This document shows, one piece after another, positions 12,796 to 25,230 of a stretch of DNA of 64,000 nucleotides. The translations under genes were made by a program, and so were the position numbers. Each line of letters begins with the position of its first letter. Within the stretch, counting starts at the first letter, position 1. The notes beneath the pieces are model-generated. The model did no database searches and was not told the DNA's origin. It saw only the letters and a program-made list of their open reading frames with translations. The stretch is from Mustelus asterias (Eukaryota), in the NCBI RefSeq assembly GCF_964213995.1, contig NC_135830.1:12772001-12836000 (forward strand), given 5' to 3'.

Positions 12796-13099
12796 ATCCT
12801 TAATCCGCAGAAATAGATGGCGCTGTCTTTAGTCTCCACTGCAGAAATTGACAAAGGGAAAACCTGATATTGACTGAAATGACGAGCATCGAATTTTCCT
12901 TTGACAAACTCGGCATCCTTGCGCCTGGTGTTATCCCGGTACAATATGAACTGGAGTGGCTGCTTCGGGTAGAGCCGGTACCAGTAGCGATCCGGATCAA
13001 CAGAACTGGAGTTGTAATAACAGCTCAATTCCAGATTAGTTCCATCAGCTACCTTCAACTCACGTTGACTCTGTGTTACCGAACTCCCTTGGAAATTAC
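12796..13099 (-). CDS. TCR delta-like V exon, open frame; leader exon apparently damaged
   Basis: The acceptor is ttttgcag. The exon reads GNFQGSSVTQSQ..LELSCYY..PDRYWYRLYPKQPLQFILYRDNTRRKDAEFVKGKF..LSISAVETKDSAIYFCGLR, with both Cys and the Trp kept. The candidate leader ending at 13206 (donor GTGATA) has an in-frame TAA. Confidence 0.88.
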
Positions 13100-13757
13100 C
13101 TGCAAAATAACATGCAAAACATTTAGGTAACCCCCTTATTGATGACAAGCATCCCCCTCTCTCCTCTTTCACAATGAGGGAAATCAATCACAATCGAACT
13201 ATCACCTATGGATTATTTATACCAGAAGAAGGAATACATTTCAGTATTTAGATAGTACAGGGGGCAGAATGACAATTCATATCAACAAGTGTTTCACATC
13301 TTCCAATTTACCGAATAGAAATGAGATCACGAGAAATTTAATTGGTGTCATCTCCAAAGTGCTTCCACTATGTTCAAGAATCTAATGTGCAAATCTTTCT
13401 GACCACGTGCCTACAGTGACTTTAGTTTCCTTGAGACACGGTCACTCCAATGATGCCCTGAAACGCTGTTCAGAACAAACAGCAGAAATGACAGTGAAAG
13501 ACAGAAACAAGAAACAGGAAGTGAGCGAGAGTCTGTTTAAATCGCAAAGATCACGTATGTGCGTGCTTACGTCATTGTCTAGTGCAGTATTCGTTGACAC
13601 AGAAAGCAGAGTAATATTAATAAACACATAATCCAGTGTTTTATATATAAATGCAAGGTATCTTGCTGCAATAATTAAGGCAGACCTTGTGTAATATAAA
13701 CAACATCAATGTCTAATATATTTTTACCAGAAACATATTAGCTTAAGGTACTCAAGC

Positions 13758-14055
13758 CAGCATGGTTGCAAATGGTTCGCACTGCTGCCTCATAGCTTCA
13801 GGGACCTGGGTTCGATTCCTGTCTGTGTTGAGTTTGGACGTTCTCCTGGTTTTTGCGTGGGTTTCCTCCGGGTGCTCCAGTTTTCTCCCACAGTTCAAAG
13901 ATGGATCGGTGGTTTGGCCATGCTTTATTGTCCGTCAATATCCCGAGGTGCATAGGTTAGAGGGATTAGCGGTGTAAAAATGTGGGGTTACGGGAACAAT
14001 GTTTTCGGTGCAGACTCAATGGGCCTAATGGCCTCCTTTTGCAGTGCAGGGTTTG
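13758..14055 (+). mobile_element. tRNA-derived V-domain SINE (HE1-like)
   Basis: tRNA-like head with GGTTCGATTCC box B, the central gcgtgggtttcctccgggtgctcc..ctcccacag..caaaga motif, and a CR1-like tail. Confidence 0.8.
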
Positions 14056-15212
14056 TGTGTATACTATAATTTTAGTTTAAAATTAATTTATCAGATATAG
14101 ACTTCACTGGTCAGACCCCATTTATTGCCCGTCACTGGTTGACCTTGAGAGGTGATGTTGCCTTCTCTGCTGTCTCGGAGGTGTAGGTACACGCACAGTG
14201 CTATTTGGAAGGTAAGGCAGCGTCTGTCATAATTTAGCGAAACCATTCTCTTGTTATGAATTAATTGACACGGGGCGAATTTTATGGACTGACAATCATT
14301 TAGGAATAGAAAAATATATTTTCATCACTGCAGTAACTATTGATACAGGGACTATTGTAACAGGAACGCGGAAATGCTCGACCACAGTAATAACTGCGAC
14401 AGGGACGGGCCTGATGTTAACATGATACACCTTTTTTTAACGTAAATAGTGGCATTGTCTTGTGCTGTAATAAGTGAGCCAGGGCCAAGCAACAGGGCAC
14501 AGCAATACAGCACGATAATGATGTAAGTTACAGATAGGGACACATGGTGCAAAGATAATAGACAGATCAGCAAATCTCATAAGCAATGTGCAACTCAATA
14601 GAAATGTAGATATGTTGTAACGTCGTAGAAATAGAGGCAAGGGCGAGTCTTTTAAAAACTGATGCATATTCCGATGCACTGATAGCTGAGGCAGGGTTGT
14701 TTGTAATATAAAATGAAGTAATTTGCGTGCATTAATAACTGAGGTAGGATAATTGTAATATAAACATTTGAATGGTGTAACCTTAATAGATAGAACATTA
14801 TGTAGTGTAATATAAACAGGGTGCGATATGGGCAGAGAGAGAATCTAGTGCAGCAGTAACTGGAAATAGCCTCAAACATTATGAACAATAATTTGTTGTA
14901 GTCCACTAAGTAATGCAGGGCCAAGAGAAACGCAATGAGAGTAATGAATCAGCCCCAGTGTAATAACTCTAAAGCATAATTTGGGTCATTTATATCAAGA
15001 CCTGGTCAACTGTAATATGAATAGAGATATGTTCTATAGATGCCCGTCCTTCCCCAGTGCAAACAGCGACACAATGTGGAATGTGTGAAAGAGGGACGAT
15101 CAGATTTACATCGAGACATTGCACAATGCCATAAAGAGAAAGTTGTCGAGTATGATATGAAATCAAACAATGATCTCAGGTAACATGGACAGAGAGAACG
15201 TCCAAGTTCCAG

Positions 15213-15490
15213 ATTTATTTATTAGCGTCACAAGTAGGTTTACATTAATACTGCAATGAAGTTACTGTGAAAATCCCCTAGTCGCCACATTCCAGCGCTT
15301 GTTCGGGTACACTGAGGCAGAATTTAGCATGGCCAATGGACCTAACCAGCACATCTTTGGACTGTGGGAGGAAACCGGAGCACCCAGATGAAATCCACGC
15401 AGGCACGGGGAGAATGTGCAGACTCCATACAGACGGTAGCACAAGCCGGGAATTCAACCCGGATCCCTGGCGCTGTGAGTCAGCAGTCGT
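15213..15490 (-). mobile_element. V-domain SINE
   Basis: Reverse complement of the same core (catctttggactgtgggaggaaaccggagcacc). Confidence 0.8.
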
Positions 15491-17514
15491 CCACTGAAAT
15501 AATAAATGAGCCAAGATGTATAAGAAATATAAAATATATATTTTATTGTTTGCAACAGACAGAAAATGTCAGTTAAGCAGAGGTACAATCCAATGTAGTA
15601 TGCCAAGGCCGGATGTGGTTGTTACAATCAGAAGCCTACTCTCATGCCAAAATAAAAGAGGGCTCCCTGCAGCATCAACAGAAACACCGTCTGCTGTAAA
15701 GTGACGAGGGATATTGACTAGTGGAGCAAACACTGGCAGAGGACCTCCTTTAAAAAACAATTAGATGGCATAATGATTTTTTAACGGGAAAAGGTATATA
15801 ATATAGAAACATAGATATGATTCAAATGCCACCAAGTGGACACAGAATGCTATGACACGAGTTTCTCTGACCTCGACCGCAGTTGGATTTCTCCGGTCCC
15901 GCTGCAGCAAACGTCGATTTGTCTGAGCACCAAATTCTCCGTTATCGATCGCAGCAGAATTCCAATCAGAATTCCTTTCACCCCGGTCCAATTCTGAGCA
16001 GCTGCAGCAGGTAAACACATTGGCGCAAAACTGGCCTGGAACAACGTGCAGATGTCAGGTCTCCCCTGAACAAGACCTGTGGCTGCCTCTGCGAGTTCAG
16101 AATGGAGCCACCACCAACTCACATCCCGAGAACGTTGCAAGATACATAAAGATAAAGATTTAAATTAAAATTTGGACAAAATAAACTGAAGGATTAGATT
16201 AGTAAGAGCACATCGGTTTGAAGGGGTTTTTCACATGCGAATTAGCAAACCGGCAAGAAAACAAATGTTTACGAAAATGACTATGGGTTGAACAATGTTT
16301 TATGTGAAGGTGTTAGAACTTTAGACAAGGTGATTTCAAAGTGGAGAGAGAAGAATATAATTTGCAACTATACGAAGAGGTGTTATTAAGATAGCACAAC
16401 ATCAAAGGGAACGGAAAGTATCACCATGGGAGCTGAGTACAGCAGGAGAAGAGCCGCGACTACAATAGCCTCACCAAGCTGGAGAAAGCAAACTCTCCCA
16501 AAAGGCAGTGTACTGAAAAAAGTGGCAGTTTAAAAAAACTAACAGAGAAAAACCACTATGCTGAACTAAAGAAGGGTTTTATAAGCTGCAAAATAACCCG
16601 TGGCTGGTCACTATAATCTGTTTTAAACTCATAGAGCCATACAATTTCGTATGTTGTTTGGGAAAGGGGCAGTTCTCAGAGGTCAGAAAACTGTACAGCT
16701 GGGAACACGGGTTTGCCTCATGAGATACTGTGTGTGTGGTCATTATTGTAGTTAAGGGTCCTGTTGAATTGTATTATAGTCTTTCTTGCTGTGTGCCTAT
16801 TTTCAGATAATAATTATCCATTATTAATTATTTGCAACAAGGCTGGACCATGTCTCACTCGTTTCCTTTTTTTATACATTATGTCAAATTGAAACTTTCT
16901 ACCAATAAGTATTGGTGTTCCACTTGAACATTCTGCATTTTGGGATACCCTCACATTGTACATCAGGTTCTTAACGAACACCACAACAGAGGATGTCTTT
17001 AGAAGTTAAATGGAATCGAAGAGTTCATTTAGTTGCCTCAGAATGTTCCCATAGATCCATTTTCTTTCTCAGAAGGTCAACCTTCCGGCCTCAGAAATTC
17101 TATTTAACTAAAATAACCACATCCACCACTCTCATCGGTAAAGCTGAGCATTCACTGTGGAAAAATGTTCCTCCTACATCCGCCCCCACCTCCATCCCAC
17201 ATTGCCCATAATCTTAAAAAAAGGCACCTTGCATAGCCCCGCACCATTTTCCGTTAGCACCATCAGCTAATGGGAACATCTTTTCTTTATCTACCTGAGC
17301 AAAGCCTCTCCTAATCTCATCCACTTCGATTACAGCTCCCCTCAATCTCCTCCACTCCCTTGGAGAACAACCCCAGCATCTCCACCTTCTGGCTAATTTG
17401 CGAACTTTTCAAAACGGAATTTAACGAAATTATTCAAATATTTTTCTCCATGGGATTTACCTAGAATTTATCAACTTTTGAGAAAACACGATGGAATTTA
17501 AAGATGTTTCGAAG

Positions 17515-17725
17515 GAAAAATGCTGGAAAATCTCAGCACGTCTGGCAGCATCTGTAAGGAAAGAAAAGAGCTGACGTTTCTGATCCAAAGCTTTCACAAA
17601 GCGTCATTTGGATTTGAAACGTCAGCTCTTTTTTCTCCTTACAGATGCTACCAGACCTGCTGAAATTTTCCAGCATTTTCTCTTTTGGATTCAGATTCCA
17701 GCATGCGCAGTAACTTGCTTTTATT
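17515..17725. mobile_element. Palindromic Penelope-derived non-autonomous repeat
   Basis: ~73-bp inverted arms: aaaatgctggaaaatctcagca..gagctgacgtttc / gaaacgtcagctc..tgctgaaattttccagcatttt. Confidence 0.7.
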
Positions 17726-18154
17726 AAATTTGTTGCGAACTTCTTCGCATTAAACATATTTAAAATAATCTTTTCCCTTGAGCTTGACAAGTGTTGGTCA
17801 ACGTTTTGGAAATTCGTTTCAGCATTTTGAAAAATAACTTTTCCATGCTGAACTTTTCCATCTAGACTTTTCCAACTTTCAAAATATAGTGTAAACTTAT
17901 TAAAATGTTTTTCCAAACGATTTAACAAAAGCGTGCCATTTAAAAAAACAAACACGATTAAACTTACTTAATGAAAATCTTTCAGTGGAATTTAATTTGA
18001 AATAGTCGAGTTCTAAAAAAATTACCTAACATAAATTTCTCCAGGGTAGCTGACTGAAGTTCGACAGCATTTATCTGAATAGTTCTAAAGTTATTGAAGA
18101 ACGGTGTCATCCCAAGTAACATGGAATTTGTGAACTACTTTTAAAATTTTACAT

Positions 18155-18227
18155 CGAACCAGCCAGGAGTTGAATCGGGAATCTTCTAATCCGTAATCAG
18201 ATGCATTACCCACTGTGCCACTGATCC
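18155..18227 (-). pseudogene. tRNA-Arg(ACG) pseudogene
   Basis: Reverse complement GGATCAGTGGCACAGTGGGTAATGCATCTGATTACGGATTAGAAGATTCCCGATTCAACTCCTGGCTGGTTCG is colinear with vertebrate Arg-ACG but has many substitutions. Confidence 0.8.
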
Positions 18228-18479
18228 ACCTGCTAACTTACAGCACTTGTTACATATTGGTCCAACGCTTAGAAATCGGGCAGAAACTTTGTCAAAGCGA
18301 TTCGTTTACTTGTGAGGAAAAGTTCCATCATTGAAATTTCCATTATTCGTTTACATCATCCCTAATAGCCCTTGAATTGACTTGCTGAGTTAATCTGCCG
18401 TGTTGGAATTAAAGACAATAACACTGCCCAACCACTAACCACTCCTCTCAGTGAATCAACTATCGAATATGACTTGAGG

Positions 18480-18765
18480 TGGAGATGCCCAGCTTTGGGC
18501 GAGGGTAGGCACAGTAGGACGTCTCACAACACCAGGTTAAAGTCCATCAGGTTTAATGAATACACGAGCTTTCAGAGCGCTGCACCTTCATGAGGTGAGT
18601 GATTCCAAATAAACCTTGTTTTGATTTAATTTCATTTATTATCGTCACATGTATTAACATACAGTGAAAAGTATTGTTTCTTGCGCGCTATGCAGACAAA
18701 ACATACCGTTCATAGAGAAAGAAATCTGTTGGACTTTAGCCTGGTGTTGTGAGGCTTCTTACTGA
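18480..18765. mobile_element. Second Penelope-derived inverted-repeat element, interrupted by a Rex-like 3' tail (~18620-18725)
   Basis: Arms ctcacaacaccaggttaaagtcca / tggactttagcctggtgttgtgag; the insert matches 3165-3270. Confidence 0.6.
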
Positions 18766-19655
18766 ATATTACTTGAACACAATATTTTGTACGTATATGC
18801 CATTAGCTCTTACATATGCCTCAATATGCATTCAGAAAAAAATAAATAGAAGTGCTGAAATTCTCTGCACTCTGCGCAGGAAAAGAGATGCTCCTATTTT
18901 GACTCAGCACACATTTTATCAGTTCGTGCAGTGGCAACAAGAGCAGGTTAGATGCTAGAAATCCTGCAGCGAATAACTCACCTCCTGACTCGCAGAGCCT
19001 ATCCACCATCGACAAGGTAAAAGTCAGGAATGTGATGGAATGCTCCCCACTTGTCTGGATTATGCAGGAACTCACCACATATACCTTAGTCGGTAGTTTC
19101 CAAACCCAAGAGAGCTGCAACCTGGAAGTTCCCCTCCAAGCCAATCACATCCTGACTTGGAAATATACCGCTGTTTCTTCACTGTCGCAGGGACAAGATC
19201 CTGGAATAGCCGCCCCGCCCCCCCCCAACACCTCCACTCCCCCGCCCCCGCCGCCTGTCGCCCCAGTAACATAACGATGCATATACCTACAGTAATAGAC
19301 TGCAGCGGTTCAAGAAGACAGTTCACCACCACCTTCTCAAAGGTAATTAATGATGAGTAATAAACGCCGGCCTAGCCAGTGACACTCACATCTCGTTACT
19401 GAATAAAAAGACACATCCAGCCAGCTGCCGGGACAATCATGGGGTCCCTTGTACAGGTGAATTGTGATAAAATGGATATCCCCTTACAAGTCAACCCTTT
19501 TGAAAATGTTGTTCCAGTGAGGTTGTCGTTCTGATGGATTCCCTACAGTTTGTGCTCAGGCTCTCAAACCAAACCCCATGTGAACCAACCCCGCCATCTG
19601 CACCGGAAAGAAATGAACAAAACCTGCGGAATGGGCAATAGAAAGCAACATCAAA

Positions 19656-19744
19656 GGGCTCATCCGGGACTTGAACCGGGGCCCTCTCGAACACTTTGAC
19701 CTCAAATCCCCAAAACGAAAATCATGACCCGAGACGAACGAGCC
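19656..19744 (-). pseudogene. Intron-containing tRNA-Pro(TGG) pseudogene
   Basis: GGCTCGTT...TTTGGG + ~17 nt insert + TTCGAGAGGGCCCCGGTTCAAGTCCCGGATGAGCCC. Confidence 0.78.
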
Positions 19745-19784
19745 TACGCTGTCGGTGGGTTCATCAAAATATAGCTCATTTGCT

Positions 19785-21228
19785 TTTCCCAGAGGATTGG
19801 AGACTAGCCAATGTTGTTCCTTTGTTTAAGAAGGGTAGCAAGAATAATCCAGGTAATTACAGGCTGGTGAGCCTTACGTCAGTGAAAGGGAAATTATTGG
19901 TGAGTGTTCTTCGATACAGGATTTATTCCGACTTGGAAATAAGTGGACGTATTAGTGAGAGGCAACATGGTTTGGTGAAGCGGAGGTCATGTCTCACTAA
20001 CTTGATCGAGTTATTCGAGGAAGTGACGAAAATGATTGATTAGAGTAGGGCAGTTGATGTTGTCTACGTGGACGTCGGTAAGGCATTTGACAAGGTTCCT
20101 CATGGCAGACTGGTGCAGAAGGTGAAGACGCATGAGATCAGAGGTGAGCTGGCAAGGTGGACACAGAACTGGTTCGTTCATAGTAGACAGAAGGTAGCAG
20201 TGGAAGGGTGCGTTCCTGAATGAAGGGCTGTGACAAGTGGCGTTCCTCAAGGATCAATATTGGGACCTTTGCTGTTTGTAATATATATATATATATAAAT
20301 GATTTGGAGGAAAATGTAACTGACTTCATTAGTAAGTCTGCGGATGACACAAAGGTTGGGGGATTTACGGATAGCGATGAGGACCATCAGAGGATACAGC
20401 AGGATGTAGATCGGTTGGAGACTTGGGCGGAGAAATGGCAGATGGAGTTCAATCCGGAGAAATGTGAGGTAATGCTTTTTGGAAGGTCAAGTACAGATAG
20501 GAAATACACAGTAGATGGCAGAAACCTTAAGAGCGTTGATAGGCAGAGGGATCTGGGTGTACAGGTGGAGAAGGTAGTCAAGAAGGCATACGGCACTATT
20601 GTCTTCATCAGCCGGGACACTGAGTTTAAAAAGTGGCAAGTCATGTGGCAGTTTTATTGAACCATAGTTAGCCCGCACTTGGAATATAGTGTTCAATTCT
20701 GGTAGCCACACTACCAGACGAATGTGGAGGCTTTGACGAGGGTACAGAAAATATTTACCAGGGTGTTATATGGCATGGAGGGCATCAGCTATGAGGAGAG
20801 TTTGGAGAAACTTGGTTGGTTCTCACTGGAACAACGGAGGTTGAGAGGCTACCTGATAGAAGTCTACAAGATTATGAGGGGCATGGACAGAGTGGATAGT
20901 AAGAAGCTTTCTCCCAGGGTCCAAGAGTCAATTACGAGGGGGCATAGGTTTAAGGTGCGAGGGGCAAGTTTTAAAGGAGATATACGAGGCAATGTTTTTA
21001 CACAGAGAATAGTGGGTACCTGGAATTCACTGCCGGGGGAAATAGTGGAAGCAGATGCGATAGTGACTTTCAAGAGGCATCTTGATAAATACATGAATAG
21101 GATGGGAATAGAGTGATATGATTCCCCGGAAGGGTAGGGGGGCTTTTGTTCTGTCGGGCAGCATGGTCGGTGAAGGCTTGGAGGGCCGACGGGCCTGTTC
21201 CTGTGCTGGAATTTTCTTTGTTCTTTTG
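19785..21228 (+). mobile_element. Decayed CR1 LINE
   Basis: RT pieces in ORFs 19696, 20220 and 20724, broken by stops and frameshifts; CR1 3' UTR. Confidence 0.92.
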
Positions 21229-21839
21229 ATCCAAAGCATTTCAATCATCTCTGGTAAAAAACGAAATCGTTGAACAAACTCAGCACGTCCACATTTGAGG
21301 ACTGAAAGCTCCAGGAAAATATTCACCAACGTTGCAAACTTCACTGTTTGGAACTGGGCGCTTTTGTGTACAAAGTACACGTTACCCAATGCACTCCACG
21401 AAGAATGCGGAGCGCTAAGCTGAACGAACGAAAATATTTGCAGCACACTAATAGTAAGAGCAGTTTTGATAATCGTAATAATAGATCTCGTGAAGCAATA
21501 TAAGTTGGCTGTCAATGCTAAAATAATATTTCTGTTTCGACATTTGATCTTTTAGCTACATTTTTTCAAAATTGTTACCGGCCGCGGTTGTGAGTCTGGA
21601 ATTCGCCCCGATACGAAAGCCAACCCGGCATCCCATTGCCGTCTGGTGGCGGCGGCATGGAACTACAAGGTGCAGCTTTCTTCCTAACGTGAGTCTTCGG
21701 GACTCAAATTTGTGTCCAAACATTTCGGATCATAAATTCTACCCCGATTTTATGCCATTTCATTTCAAATTTTAGACTGCACTGGAGTGCGGAATATTTT
21801 CACCTGAGCCCACCAACTCCAAAGACAACCCTTTTCCAG

Positions 21840-21934
21840 ATATGGGTCATGGAGATTCTATCACTCAGCCGCTGTCCTCAACAGTAAAGACAGAAGGAGA
21901 TTCGGTGAGTTTACAATGTATCGAAAAGATATAA
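21840..21934 (+). pseudogene. Truncated V relic (L2 + FR1 only)
   Basis: ttttccag| DMGHGDSITQPLSSTVKTEGDSVSLQCIEKI*. No FR2, FR3 or RSS follows. A possible damaged leader lies at 21657-21688 (donor GTGAGT). Confidence 0.8.
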
Positions 21935-22269
21935 TTAACTCTGTGGAAAGGGAAAAATTCTGTATGTATCAACAGAGTCGCTTTTGTATCTTCTTGTTTG
22001 TAAGCAAAATAAACCAAATTAATCTGTTGATCCCTGGCACTATTCTGATTATTAACCAAACTCCTTAAGACGATAAGATATAGGAGCAGGATTAGACGAT
22101 TGGGCCCATCAGGTCTGCTCCGCTATTCAATTGTGGCTGCGAAGTTTCTCAAACCCATTCTCCCGCCTTTACTCGGAACCTTTGATTCTCTTACAGATCA
22201 AGAACCTATCAACTCAGTGACCTGGCCTCCACAGTCTTCTGTGGCATTGAATTCCATAGATTCACCAGG

Positions 22270-23790
22270 GAGTCATGGAGTCATAGAGGTTTACAGCATG
22301 GCACTGGGCCCTTCGGCCCAACTTGTCCATGCCGCCCCTTTATTTGACCTCTAAGCAAGTCCCAATTGCCCCGTTTGGCCCATATACCTCTCTACCCATC
22401 ATACCCATGTAACTCTCTAAACACATTTTAAAAGACAAAATTGTACCCGCCTCCACTATTACCTCTGGTAGCTTGTTCCAGACACTCACCATTCTCTGTG
22501 TGAACAAATTGCACCTCTGGACCCTTTTGTTTCTTTCCCCCCTCACCTTAAAGCTCTGCCCTCTAGTTTTAAACTCCCCGACCTTTGGGAAAAGATAATG
22601 ACTTTCCAGCTGGTCTATGTCCCTCATCATTATATACACCTCTAGAAGATCAGCCCTCAGCCTCCTACGTTTAAGGGAAAAAAGTCCCAGTCGATCCAGC
22701 CTCCCCTTATAACTCAAACCATCAAGTCCCAGTAGCATCCTAGTACTTTTTTTCTGCTCTCTTTCTAGTTTTATAACGTCTGTCCTATAATAGGGTGACC
22801 AAAACTGTACACAGTATTCCATGTGTGGCCTTACCAATGTCTTGTACAACTTCAACAAGACGTCCCAGCTCCTGCATTCAATATTCTGACCAATGAAACC
22901 AAGCATCCAAGCCCGCCGAATGCCTTCTTCATCACTCTGTGACTCCACTTTCAAGGAGCTATGAACCTGTACCCCTTGATCTCTTTGTTCGATTACTCTC
23001 CACAACGCCTAATCATTAACTGAGTAAGTCCTGCCCTGGTTCGATCTGACAAAATGCATCATAGAACCATAGAAAATTACAGCTCAGAAACAGGCCTTTT
23101 GGCCCTTCTTGTCTGTGCCGAACCATTTTATGCCTAGTCCCACTGACCTGCACTTGGACCATATCCCTCCACACCCCTCTCATCCATGAACCCGTCCAAG
23201 TTTTTCTTAAATGTTAAAAGTGACCCCGCATTTACCACTTTATCACCTTGCATTTATCTGAATTGAACTCCATCTGCCATTCGTCAGCCCACTGGCCCAA
23301 TTGATCAAGATCCCGTTGCAATCCGAGATAACCTTCCTCACTGTCCACTATGTCAGCAATCTTGGTGTCATCTACAAACTTTATAATCATGCCTCCTAAA
23401 TTCTCATTCAAATCATTAATATAAATGACAAATAATAGTGGACCCATCACTGACCCCTGAGGCATACCGCTGATCACAGGCCTGCAATTTGAAAAGCAAC
23501 CCTCTACAACCACCCCGTTTTCTGTCATCAAGCCAGTTATGCATCCATTTCACTACCTTACGCTAGATCCCGTGAGATTTAACCTTATGCAACAATCTAC
23601 CATTTGGTACCTTGTCAAATGCCTTGCTAATGTTCATGTAGACAACGTCAACTGCACTGCCCTCGTCTACCACCCACTGGCTGAAGCAACTCCTCCTCAT
23701 CTCGGTTCTAAAGATTCGTCCCTTTACTCTGAGGATGTGTCTTTGCATCCTAATTTCTCCTACTCATGGAAACATCTTCCACAGCTCCGC
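22270..23790 (-). mobile_element. Nested CR1 fragments (a younger 3' fragment is inserted at ~23060-23240)
   Basis: ORFs 22340-23005, 23232-23531 and 23563-23748 carry CR1 RT motifs. Confidence 0.9.
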
Positions 23791-24339
23791 ACGTTTTCCG
23801 AAGTTTTGGTATTCATTCGACTTCGTCGCAACCAGGGTTTGAACAAAGAATTCCAGCAATGATGCTCGCAGGATCACCATCATTTTACGATATAAATAGG
23901 AAAAGTAACAAACACAGTGTTCAAGGAGCACCAATTCAGGTGTCTGGGCAGCATTTATGTCTTAGTGTATATTGGAGTAAACATTGAAAATAGTCAACAG
24001 CCAAATGCGAACTTGCATTAAAAAACACATTTGTCAGCTGAAGACGCCAAATTAAAGCCCAGTTTGGGTGTGGGGCGTGGGGGAGGATGGGTTAGCAGTT
24101 GTGGGAGGGGGGGGGGGGTCACAAACTCACGTGACATTATCACTAGAGCCTGTATGGATGGTAGACTGATGAAGTCACAATAGACTCCCCCTTGCCCTCC
24201 CCCCAATCACACGCACACAGACAAACTGACACACACTCACTCACACATTGCAATCAACGGAACAGAGCTCGGATTGCCTCTCTCTTTCTCAATCTCTGAC
24301 TCCGTCCATTCTTATTCACTGAAAGAGATTCAGTCAGAT

Positions 24340-24840
24340 ATGTTTCTGACCATTCTGGCGGCGCTTTTGAACAGTAAGTACCGGATAACGTTCATCAAGC
24401 CAGACAAACATATTAATACACATAGATGGCATTTTAATGAACCATCAGGAATATCTATGTGAGGCGTAGATGGGAGGTTCCACAAACTGTCACAGGTACA
24501 AGAAAATTTACAATAACTCTTGATATTTAATTCCTCTATCTTTACAGGTGGACTATGCGCAGATCCAGTTACGCAGTCACCGGTGAAAATAACCGCATCA
24601 GAAGGGGGTTCGGTGCAGTTAGATTGTAACTATACAGGCAAGGGTATGAGCTACATGCAATGGTATCAGCAGAAACCGGCACAGGCACTGAGATGGATTA
24701 TTACCACAATATTAGTACTGAAGGAAAATAAAGTTTCAGGACGATATCTGGCGGCTTCTGACACGTCTAAACAGAATGGTTACCTCAAAATCAGCGGCCT
24801 CATTCTGGAGGACGTGGCGGTCTATTACTGTGCAGTGAGG
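24340..24840 (+). CDS. Intact TCR alpha/delta V gene segment (leader exon 24340-24373, V exon 24548-24840)
   Basis: GTAAGT donor and tttacag acceptor, phase 1. Spliced product: MFLTILAALLNSGLCA-DPVTQSP..VQLDCNY..MQWYQQKP..GRY..LKISGLILEDVAVYYCAVR. Confidence 0.93.
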
Positions 24841-24879
24841 CACAGCGTTAGACTACAGCTAGAACCCCGTACAAAAAAC
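24841..24879 (+). promoter_or_regulatory. 23-RSS
   Basis: CACAGCG + 23 bp + ACAAAAAAC. Confidence 0.92.
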
Positions 24880-24954
24880 CTCAGCAAGTATTTACAGCTC
24901 GACTAAGCTGGGTTCACGAATGTAGTCAGGTCGCTTTAATGGGCAGTTTTTTTT

Positions 24955-25230
24955 CTGTCGTTGTTTAGATACACAAAGAAGCAGTTTGGAAAATATCTGG
25001 ACTTATGTCCGTGCTGCGATTCATATAATAAATTTAAACGCGGAACATTTAACACCCAGCAGAAGGATGCACTCAGAAGTGGAATTAACATAGCAGGAAA
25101 TTAATGGCTGTTCTTCCAGAAATTTTATCTGAGATGAATCTAAGGACCCTGACTCCTCGGCACTCGTTGCTTTCATGAAATACAGAATGGAGTAAACAAA
25201 TGAGATGTAGAACACGCGCCTCAGAAAGTC
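24955..25230 (-). pseudogene. Decayed V-like relic, paralogous to 59511-59780
   Basis: Shares ttctacatct(c/t)atttgtt, ctg(g/a)aagaacagcc and ccaaactgcttctttg with the + copy; reads ..EESGS..FLEEQPLISCY.. Confidence 0.55.

Noticed and set aside
24120-24180. E-box and CRE-like words upstream of the intact V
   Set aside because: Plausible promoter elements, but too short and imperfect to support from sequence alone.
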